From Tubulanus polymorphus (lineage: Eukaryota; Animalia; Nemertea): a stretch of DNA of 64,000 nucleotides. The number at the start of each line of letters is the position of its first letter. Position 1 is the stretch's first letter. Below, piece by piece: positions 38,480 to 50,200 of this stretch. A program made the translations under genes and the position numbers. Under the pieces are notes generated by a model. It saw nothing but the letters and a program-made list of their open reading frames with translations, searched no databases and had not been told where the DNA came from. Location: the NCBI RefSeq assembly GCF_964204645.1, contig NC_134029.1, forward strand, positions 2,480,001-2,544,000. Reading direction: 5' to 3'.

Positions 38480-39017
38480 CAGAGGAACCTTGTTTTAACG
38501 ACCTCAGATATTACGATTTATCAGATAATACACAACCAAGAATTTTATCCCAAATAATTTTAATACAGTAGACTCCACTTAAACCCGTACAGTTGGGACT
38601 TTCAACCAAATTAGGTGGTTAAGTCCTTCAATCATTAAACTTGACACTTCATGTTTCTCTTAAATTCCACAACACTTTCCTTTAGGTTGACGCGTGATGC
38701 ACTAGCGTCATGAAAACTATGGCCAATTTAGATCATGAGCGCGCAGTAGAAGTAACATAGAGCCTTAACATTATTGTTTACCAGTTTACATGCTGAATGA
38801 AAGGAAATGATGTCAAAATTTTACCAGATAAGGTTGATTACCGATGAGTAATACCGGACTAGGCGATATCTATGAATTGAAAAACGATAGCAAACGGAAG
38901 TTTTATTTTCATTTCACTGAATTAAAGGGGTTTACGCGGAGTCTACTGTCATTTCATACTGGATACAACAAACAGATTTTCTGGTCCCCTGAGGTTTGTT
39001 GTAACGAGGTTCCACTG
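38480..39017. mobile_element. Nested pogo/Tigger-type MITEs
   Basis: Outer element: cagaggaaccttgttttaac ... gttgtaacgaggttccactg|ta. Inner element 38566-38948: ta|cagtagactccacttaaaccc ... ggggtttacgcggagtctactg. CAGT termini at TA are typical of pogo/Tigger. Confidence 0.7.
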
Positions 39018-39128
39018 TAGATTGATTGATAACTACAGAAAACATACAACAAAGGAATATGTAAATAATGAAGTAATGAAGATTACGCAATAAATGCCTG
39101 ATTTATTCTTAAAATCAGTGACCGATAT

Positions 39129-41196
39129 TTACTCGGTAACGCGATCTGGATTCATTTGTTTTTGCGGACAGTTTCGTGAAATGTGCCCCAAATTATGGCA
39201 GTTGTAACATCGTACAGCACCCGAATTGTTGTACGGTGGTTTATTATTTTGAGTGTGATGAGAGGGTCGATTAGCGTAACACCTCGCCGTAGTGTGACCG
39301 GCTATCTTACAATTCTGACAATACAGCGGTGTTTTACAAGCTCTATCCGAGTGACCGACCAAGTTACAATATCTGCACGGCTTTGTGCGACAATCGGTGA
39401 TCACGTGACCCGACATTCGACAGTAAGCGCAATACGGACGATTCTCGACGAACCCCGGATATTTCGGACAACAGAACTTTGTGTGATCGCTTCCCCCACA
39501 CATCGTACAGCCTCTGGATTCAACCAGGTTATCACCGCTGAAAACGAAACCGGATCATGGCGGATTAACGAATGTATACTCAGTGACTAAGACAATGATT
39601 AATCCTATAGCAATGATATTTCAAAGTTAATTTATCTGACTATTTCAATATTAGAAATATTCATTGAAACCCCTTGTATAATTCATATTAATGGTTTTGT
39701 AAGCATAAAACAAAATCTTGTATGAATCTCGGATTACATTTTAAATTATTTGAGATATCTAAGATATGATATATTTTCTGAGAGCTCACCTCGCAGCAGC
39801 AGTGAACGTGTCTTTAATTACAGTTGAATCTACAGCAGTATTTGAAGTACGACTCGGCCAACCTGATTTCATCGCATTCCCTATATCTAAATAGATAAAC
39901 TCAGATTACCCGGTAATCATCTAATATTGCAGTTTATTCCAATCGAATGATAAAAACGTTTTAACTGTTTACCAGGCACAGACTGCTCTTCATCCCAAAC
40001 TGGTTCAGGTGATGTAACCACTGTGTGTTGTAATTCTGATGCTATATTTTCACTTGATCTCGTATGTTTCAGTCGGTTTTTCTGGTTTCTCTTTTTCCTA
40101 CCTGAACGTTTTTTCCCACCAGAATCAATAGAATCTACTGGTGATGGGGTAGAGCGTTGAGGTTCAGTAGATGCTGGTCTGTGGGGGTCAGTAGATGCTG
40201 GTCTGTGAGGATCAGTAGATGCTGGTCTGTGAGGTTCAGTAGATGCTGGTCTGTGGGGATCAGTAGATGCTGGTCTGTGGGGATCAGTAGATGCTGGTCT
40301 GTGAGGATCAGTAGATGCTGGTCTGTGGGGATCAGTAGATGCTGGTCTGTGAGGATCAGTAAATGCTGGTCTGTGAGGATCAGTAGATGCTGGTCTGTGA
40401 GGATCAGTGTGAGCTGCTACTGCCGTTGGCTGATGTAATTCTGTCTCCCAGTTCTCTCTGTTTTCAGATTGATATAAACGATTTGAATTCCACGAATCTC
40501 TCTGGTGACCTTGACTGGAAGATGCTGGTTGCCATGATGATCCACTATCACTGTAATGATGTCGATTGTAACCTGTCGGTTGCCATGATGATCCTCTATC
40601 ACTATTGTGATGACTGGAAGCTGCTGGATGCCATGATGATCCATTATCGCCATGGTGATGTTGGTTGCGCGATACCGGTTGCCTCGACGAACCTGTATCG
40701 CCATGGTGATATTGATTATAAGATGCAGGCTGCCATGACGACCTACTATCTCTCTGATATCTGGTTTCATTGAAGTCATGCGACTGGTATGTGGTCGTAT
40801 CCCATGAGCCTCCATTATCAATATGATGCGTTTGCCCTTGACCCCAGTAAGCCTCATTCTGGTGATTGAAGGACTGTCTGCCGGGTTCCTCAATGAGAGC
40901 TGGTGGTGGTGATGGTACAACATCAGTACGTCTAGTTTCAGAGATGTTGCCGGTGCTGGTAGCAGCTGGGTTCACTGCAGATGCAATTGGAGGTGGTGGT
41001 CGGAGAACATCAATAAACGGCGGTGTCCAGGGAACATCAGCTGAATGTGGAATAAACGCACCACTGAAATCTGTAAAGAAGTTTTTATAGTTGAACAATT
41101 TGTCAAATTTCAAAAAGTTGCAAATCATTGACGCAATACGTACTAGGAAACGACTGCATCTGATAAAACTGATATGGATTTACTGGTGCTCCGCCA

Positions 41197-41227
<31 letters not shown>

Positions 41228-44200
41228 CACACATCATCATACGAATGTAAGCCTCAGGAAGATCGGGTTTTAACTGAGCTGTTGAAGCTGGCGGCCGTTT
41301 TCTGATCGGTCTCAGCGGATGTTCAGTCATATCAGCATCAGATTCCGATGTAGAATGAGCCGAAACATTCAAACCTTTCAATTTACGATCAGCTTTTCTC
41401 TGACACTCTGAATAACGAAATCAGTACATGTTTTACTAATAACAGGCATCAAGATTTATGCAATACTCCGAGTCAGTGTGGTAACCATAATATAAACTCC
41501 CACACTGAGAATAAAGAGTCCTTGAGCTAACATCTTCATCAACATTTCAACTCTATCCTAATAAGTCATCTTCAGAATCATATTTAACATTACCCTCATT
41601 GTCCCTATTTCTAACTTAAATTCACCCAAGTATTCCCGTAGATGACTATTAGGATACAGTCAAAAGCTCAAGGAAACATTTTGGACAAGGTTCAGTGTTT
41701 ATTTGTGAGAGAAAGTAAAATAATTACCTATTTTGTATAGATGTTCGTATATATTAACAGCTGGTCCAACCTTTGCGAAATCAATCAGACGAACATGAAC
41801 TAAACCACCAGGACTACATGCCACCTATTAGACAAGTACACAACTATATTCCACAACTCTGTTTCTCACAGGTTTTCTCGAAATGAAGTCACGATTACTA
41901 GTAAATGAGTTCTCACCACTTCGACCCTGAAAGTTTTGTCTTTCGTGAACGTTTCGAAGAAAGTCATCGATTCCCTTGAAAAGGTGGACAGTTCCTGACA
42001 TCCGATTGCGCACTTTACAGCCTTTAAACATAGAACAATACACTGCATCATTCTCGGCAGGTTAGGTGTAATTAACCCAGATATAACACCCACATCGATG
42101 ATCGTGTCAGGCATATCAGGAGTTAAATAGGATAACCACTTTTATTTCACTAGGCTTTTCCTTGACATGTATGTTGCTTTCCCTGACTTGATCTGCTAAC
42201 AATTCAATCAATTAACAGTCAAATTTGATAGACATAACAGAAACTGTTTGCTTTTATGCGTAATCTAGCAATCTCAACACATTTCCCTGACTTTTGGCTA
42301 TTTTCAACAAATTTCCCAGACTGTTTTAAAGAAAAGAAAATTACCCAACTTTTCACTGATTTCCAGGTAAAATGGCCACTCTGTTAATTGTGACAAGTTC
42401 TAAGACAAAATACAGATAGAGATTTCTGTTCTAAGAAAAACCTGGTGTAAGGCGGAGGTGGCGGTATATCATGGGTTCACTGTACCTGAAATGGCGCGAG
42501 ACCGACTAGAGGCATACACCTCAAATGTTCAATACGAACTCTTGCACTCGTTCCGTGATCCAAAAAACGAACTTTCACTTTCTGCAAAAACAAAATCGAT
42601 GGTTTCAAAATAGAGCAGCATCGAAAATTGAGAAATCAGATTTCATTGAGTTCAAAATTGAAAGCAACGTCAATGTCAAACTCATTTAAATAATCATCAA
42701 ATAAGTCATCAAATTACTGTTGCCACTAATTATGAGTCCCATTCAGATAACAACGTAGCCACACTCTGACTAGTGAAGTCATCTGTAATTTTCTGCATGA
42801 ATTTGTACTTCAATTTACTAAGAATCATTTACATCAACGATGACTTTGACAGTACGAAATATGAAATGAATACCGGGTATGTGAAACGAACCTCTGTTCT
42901 CTGGTCAATGTTTTCTAGTTGAGCCCGATACCACACTTTCTGAAACTGAGCCAATACGACAGTTCCTACCGATACTGTTATACACGGGCATGGCGAACTC
43001 TCACCCAGATTTCTGAGAATACCAGAAAAAAGACAAACATCAAACATGAACAAAATGAGTAAATTGCCTGACCCTTGACAAAAACTCGCTTATTAAATCA
43101 TAAGACCTCCTCAGAGGGGACTCTTTCTTCTTGCGCCAAAAATTCAAATTCCCTGACTTTTCCCTGATTTTCAAGAAAAGAGTTAGAATTCCCTCATCCG
43201 TGAAAACCCCGATTAAAGTGAGCATCTTACATCTTAAATATGACTGAATACGGTACTGCATCGTATGATTTCAATATCATAATAGGGGTGGGAATAAATA
43301 AACAATGATTGACAGCTCTTACTGAATCATTCCCTGTAACTGTTGAATTTCCTCTTCAGACCGGACACGATAATGACGCAGCCAAAATGTGCCATCACTG
43401 TGGAGATTGTTCGTTACTTTCGCCAAAAATGTGCAACCTACAATAAATTCACGTTAATCAACGTTTTGACTGATGTAGCAAGTTTTATAATCGATATTGG
43501 AACAACATGTAACACTAACCTGGAGTATAAACACCCGACCAATTGCACGTCTCCTCAGCTTTCATCAGCAATGCATTCATTTGTTCATCGCTCAGTTTAT
43601 TTTCAGTATACAACTCAGGTTTTATTTCAGGAGTTTTTTGTCTCAGTTTCTGTTGATTGTTAATCATAGACTGTTGTCTATTTAACTGATGTTGATCTCT
43701 TGCGGAATCCACTGTATCAGCACCACTCATATTGATAGTTTGATCTATAGCAGCAGTGCTCAAGTTGAAAGTTTGATCTGTATTGGCATTGCTCAAGTTG
43801 AAAGTTTGATCTGTATTAGGAGCGCTCATGTTGAAAGTTTCATCTGTATTTACTGCTTCAGGGATCGATGTTAAAACGCAATCATTTGACAAACTTGGCA
43901 CCGAATCTAAAATATTTTCAAATCACAATTGAACTTAAAGAAGAGGACAAAAGTTCTTAATGATGTTAAACCCCTAAATTGAAGCTTTTTACTGACCTGA
44001 GATATCTACATCTTTAGCAGTAACCCAATGATTGGACACATCAGCAGTAGAACTATCAGGAACACTTATAGGTTCAGCAGTAGAATCAGGTAAAACTGAT
44101 TGATGAGCAACAGATGGAACTGGTTGAATTATACAGGACGATTTGGTGCAAGACTCTCTGCTATCAGGCTCACAGTACTCCCGCCTATCAGGCTCACAGG

Positions 44201-47200
44201 ACTCCTCGCTACCCAGCTCACAGGAGTCTCTGCTATCAGGCTCACAGGACTCCCGCCTATCAGGCTCACAGGAGTCTCTGCTACCCAGCTTGCAGGAGTC
44301 TCTGCTATCTGGCTCACAGGAGTCTCTGCTATCTGGCTCACAGGAGTCTCTGCTATCTGGCTCACAGGACTTCTGGCTATCTGGCTCACAGGACTCTCTG
44401 CTACCAAGCTCACAGGAGTCTCTGCTATCAGGCTCACAGGTATCCATGCTATCTGGCTCACGGGTATCCATGTTATCTGGCTCACCAGACTCTCTGCTAT
44501 CTGGCTGACAGATGTCCTTGCTAACTACCCTCCAGGTCTCACTGCTAGCTACCTCACAGGTATCTATGCTATCTGGCTCACAGGACTTCCAGCTATCTGG
44601 CTCACAGGTCTCCCTGCTGTCCTCAAAGATCTCCCCGCGAACTGGCTCTACGCACGTTTCATTACGAGCATCGTGGTAAATATCCACAGCCGTATTTTCA
44701 CCACCATCAACACTATCAGTCTCTAAAACTGGTGAGGATAACGTGAGACCTTCCTGTAATGAGAGGAAGAAAAAAATACAACTACTGCTATGTGAATCAT
44801 TATTATATCAAAATCTTAAAAATCTAGCGATATAGAATCAGATAACCTGTATAGATTAGCGGGGTAATGCTATCATTTGGTCGAAGTGCAACTTAGTACT
44901 TACTATTTCCATTGCTTTTTTTATGATATCTTCGACGAATTTAGCAATTTTTGCATCGACTTCACCTTCATCAATACTCGAGCAATCTGGAGTCTTGACA
45001 CAGATATTTGGAGGAGTATCCAATGAGACAGCAGCACGTTCATTACGATAATCCATCTTCTCACTCGAGACTTCAGAAACATCGATATCTCGTTCGGGCA
45101 GACGGGTGTAATCTACCGATATCTCATTATGGACCTGGACCAGTAAACCGGAGTTGGTTTGCTCCGAGCTCGCAGTATCTGTTGGAGTATCAGTCACTCC
45201 GGAGGATGTCATCAGATTCTGATTACTGTGTAAATATGCATCACTCTGCATCAATACGTTCACAGCTTCTTCCATTATATCCGAAACTATAGATGATGAG
45301 GAAGCGTTTATTTGATCCTCATGAGTAGTAGAATCACTCACACGTCGAGTGCTATCAGCGTGCTGCTGTCCTGACGTTGTCGCGCTATCAGTATATTCTC
45401 TAATGATATTAGATATGGCTTTTTGAACCTCCAAGTCGGCGACTTCCACAGCAGCTTGCGTTTTATAATTGAGTTTTTTGCTGATATTTCCATTATTATC
45501 GATGAGAGACCCGCGTTGTAGAATGCTGATCGGTTGCGCAATGTCAGCTGAGGTCACTGTGTGTACGATAACAGGGTCAGTAAAATCACCGGATCCTGAA
45601 TTGACTGTTATTTCTTTATCATCAGTTACAGTTTGAGGAGTATTATCAGGAAGAGTTGTGCAGTCCGGTTGTTCTTCGTGTTTCTACAAATATAATCAAA
45701 CAATGAGCAACTGCAAATTCTACTCTCATCTTCTGGGTTCAATTTCTTCTACAAATCTGTTAAAATTGAATGAACTTTTTTTTACAATAAATCAATTATC
45801 AATAAAACCTATTTCAATCACAGAGTAGAAAAATGAATTCGAAGTATATTTGCCGAAAAGTTCAGTTCAAAGTTTATTGATAATGGTCTAATTTTGATGT
45901 TAGACTGGTAGCTTGTCACTTCAACTGGTGAGATAGTTAGTGTCACAAGTCACTGTTATGTTAAAACAAATCAAGAAACTTTGAAGTTCAAATTGACATC
46001 ACAATTTTTACCTCTATTTGATTGTCCTCTTTAATAGTAACGGCATCATCTGAAATAAAGATGTAACTTCATTAAGTGAGAACCACAAATTTAAACAAAA
46101 TACATTCTTTAAAATGATTGACACGAGAAGCAGAACTTACTGTCATATTCAGCTTTAATGCGAGTCAATTTCAAAATTCGACCATCACAGTTGTAATGTT
46201 GAAATTGTTCCATACGTAGATCACATTCATGGTCAGTATGATATCGAATGAAACAAGCCCCTGGTCTGTTTCAAATCATAAAACACATTCAAATAGTTTC
46301 ATTTTTTGGATTACCGGGTTACTGATACAGGTATTAATCTACTGTCTGCACCCTCACCCCTCAGACAACCAACTGTCTGCACCCTCACCCCTCAGACCAC
46401 CAACTGTCTGCACCCTCACTCCTCAGACCACCAACTGTCTGCACCCTCACTCCTCAGACCACCAACTGTCTGCACCCTCACCCCTCAGACCACCAACTGT
46501 CTGCACCCTCACTCCTCAGACCACCAACTGTCTGCACCCTCACCCCTCAGACAACCAACTGTCTGCACCCTCACCCCTCAGACCACCACCTGTCTGCACC
46601 CTCACCCCTCAGACCACCAACTGTCTGCACCCTCAACCCTCATCCTTTCAAGACTTCCGAGATTTGGCCCAAGACATTTTTAATTATCATGGAATTTCAA
46701 TTGGCTTTTCGTTTCGCCACATAGACATGGTTTTATCATTACAGATGGTAAATCAGATTGTACAGATGATTATCTGAGGATGTACAAGGCACAGGCAGCA
46801 GATTGACATCGATATCTCAACGATAAAATCACCACCCAATACTTACGGCTTCTTCTGTATTCTAGATCCTCTTCTGTCCGGTTTTTTCTGATAGCTCAAC
46901 CATATATCAACAGCGTCGGGGAATAATTCAGCAGCTCGCTGATTATCAAATGAAGGTGGTAAATTCCTGATAACTATACCCGGCAGCTTCTTATAATCAA
47001 CTACAATAGAAAATTATCTCAGTAACCTGCAGTGTATGTTATTCTTTGTGCATCTTTTTGAGTATCAGGATAATTGCCACACATTTTTCATCAACTAAAT
47101 CCTTTATAATCTTTGGAATGAAGTACAACCAACGGTTCACCTTGATACTAACTACTAATTCTAAAGCCTACTTCACTAATCTAAGTAAATAAGTGTACAG

Positions 47201-50200
47201 CTTAATACTGTAGGACTAATTGATTGATTTGTCTTATTCTGCTAAAGTATCACCAAAAATAATATTCTGCTTTATACATCTATACTTAACAAAAATATGA
47301 ATGAATTTCAAAGTGAAGTTGTTTTTAGTTATATTCAAAGAATGAAGCTGGCCTTCTTGAGAATAATGAGGGAGGGCAGTTGTCCTTCATGTATTATTTT
47401 GACGTCATTTCTACGGTTTTTATTTCATGCAACTGTTGAGTCATGAGGTATATATACTACTTGACGAGTGACATCAGGCAGTTTGTTCTATTGTAGTGCG
47501 TAACCACCATCAATCAAGTGTATGACAAGTTATATTGTCGTGTCTGTCATGTCTCCTCAGTCTATCGGATATTTCTGACCATAACATCAAATTACCGACT
47601 TGCCTTAGAACTTCTGGATCCAGTTCCTTGATTCTGAATATTTGAGTTATGTTATTTATCGAATATGAACAATTTTCATAAGAGTCTAACTATGGAACTA
47701 TGAAACTGGTCCTGTGGTCACGTGAATGTGTTCATTCAAAGACAAGAACAAAAACACAAATAATTGGTTTTATATGGATTCTTGTTTATTATATTATAGC
47801 AAAAAGCACAGATTTCAATAATCTGCTGTAAATATTTACAGTCACTTGAATTATTACATACTTCGTCTCTCTACACATTTGCGACACTAGTTTTCTAATT
47901 AGTTCATTCTATTAAATCATTTATTCATTTTCTATGTTACATTTATTCATTTTCTATGTTAAGTACATTTTATTGTCATTAGTCTAACAAGCTTACAACT
48001 GATTCATATGCATATAGGCTGGTGCAGCACCTGATGTAGATCACAGATTCAGATGCATGATTTGATTAGTTTGCGAATGCGTTGTTTGATGCGTAGGAGG
48101 CTGGTGCAGCACCTGCTGATGCTGCTGCTGCTGCTGCTGCATGTGGTTAGCGTTATGTTGTGTGTTGATATGAGTAACGGGAGGATGAGGAGAATGCATC
48201 GGCGATGGATGTTGCTGCTGCTGATGCTGTTGTTGATGATGCTGCTGCTGCTGCTGCTGCTGCTGGTGTGATACAGGATGACTCATCAGCATCGACTGTC
48301 CACCAGCGGGTGCTATATTAACCGGTTGATAGTGAGGATGTATGATAGTGGCGGTCATCGTGACCGGCGTGTGCAGTAACCCGGCCTGTAAATACCCATC
48401 ACGGACGACGTCCACTTTCTGACTGGTTCTCTCGTGGACGGCCATCAACCACATCGCGTGAACCGGCTTCAGAACGTTCATACGTAGATCGACATTAACC
48501 GCTTCCATACGAGCGACCGTCTGATCGCCGTTATGATACATCTGCTGTTCTAACTGTTTAACCATCTGCTGTAAATACCACGTATGAAAACATTCGCGTA
48601 GATCGTCTTTATAATGTTTGACGACCGTTAAATCGATCGGTTGTAGTTTATCGGCGACCTGCGACGGTACGAACACGACGTAGATCGCGTGCTGTCGTAG
48701 TCGTTCTAACAGACCGTCGCCGCGGAACGGTTTATTAACGTCGAACACGGCCAGCGACGGATGATCGGGAACTAACCCCTGAACGTATCGTTGGTGTCGT
48801 ACGTACGGTACGATCACGTTATCTACGAACTGATACAACGTCGTCTCGTCGGCTTCGTGATTCTCAGAGTGCGTTATATGCCAACCGTTCGGGAAGTTCA
48901 CGTTCGGGTGACACTTATCGGTTTTACCGCCGTAGATCACCTGCGGCGGTAACAAACACCCGGACATCGTTACGGCTAACATCACCGATATCTGACGTTT
49001 ATCCTCGTGGTTGCTGTGATTGACGATAATCGGGGCAGAGTTGGCGTCGTTTTGAGGAACGGTCCAGTCGTTTCCCGGTACGAGATTCAGAGGAATCATA
49101 TCCCAGTTTATAACGAGCGTTTCCGGGATGTTATTCTCTTGCATACACGACCGGACGCCGACGATAAACGACGTTCGCACCGCCTCGAAATCCTCCGGTA
49201 ATTGTTTCGCCGGTTTTTTCTTGTTATCCTTCGCGCCGCGGTGTTTCACGAACCCCATACGCTGCAGGAACGACTTCGCCCACGACATCGTCACGTTTAT
49301 CGGTCCGCCGTATTGCGATAAACTCGTCTTATCGAACTTCGTGATGATTCCCTCGGCGGCGGCCATGACGGTACGAGCGTTCACGACGCCTCCGCTCGCG
49401 TGCGTCTTCTTCACCCATTCCTGAACCATCACGTCGTAGTTGCCAAGTCGAAGCGGTTGACCTCGTTGCCCCTTCGGTAGCGTGTTCACGTCCGTACTGT
49501 CTTTAGCTTTAGCCACCAGTCTCAGATACGTTGATTTCATGTGTCTCACCGTGCTATCGCTGATAGTTTTACCCAATTCGCGGCTGTATATTTTCACCGT
49601 TCGCGGTATGCCGACGTCCAGAGCCGATTTCGCGATCTTCGCTCTCAGCTCGTCCGAGTAATAATTGTACTCTCCTCGTTTACGCTTGGCGCCGCTGGTT
49701 TCTAAAGCTCGTTTCACGCTGTCGTTCGCCGCTTGCATCATCGTATCTGAATCGATATCGACTGATTTATCCGCTTCCTCCGACGCTTGTTTCTTCGGTT
49801 CATCGAAAGACGAACTCAGTTCCTCGTCTAACTCGGCCTGACGAGCCGCAGCTTGCTCCCGGCGAGCGCTCTGACGCGTTTTCTGTCTCGTTCGACCTGC
49901 AATGAAAAGACTTTTTATTTTCAATTCTGATATGATATCTTACATATTTCTGCTCCGTTCATAAAGGAATCAGGACTCCGAGCCTTGCGCAACAATGACT
50001 CGGTTACACAGTCGGATGTATAGGTGAGAATTTAATCGACTTTAATTTTTTATCCACTTTGAAACTGAGTTCAGGTACAGTGAAAGCCTTCTAAAATGCA
50101 ACTGTTGAGACCGATGAAAAACATGGTGTTATAACCAATTTGGCTTTAGAAAGAATTGGCATTTACATTGAATTTGAGTGAGATTGAGTAAATTCATTCC

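Noticed and set aside
39129-39537. Retroviral/LTR gag nucleocapsid remnant
   Set aside because: Five knuckles sit in an exon with a proper acceptor, in phase with upstream host exons; no protease/RT/integrase or LTRs nearby.
44100-44726. Plus-strand and alternative-frame ORFs (208, 136, 121, 118 aa), likewise 40157-40773
   Set aside because: Shadow ORFs produced by stop-free 24 bp coding repeats of the minus-strand gene.
46229-46777. 182 aa and 125 aa plus-strand ORFs
   Set aside because: Translations of the 31 bp intronic minisatellite.
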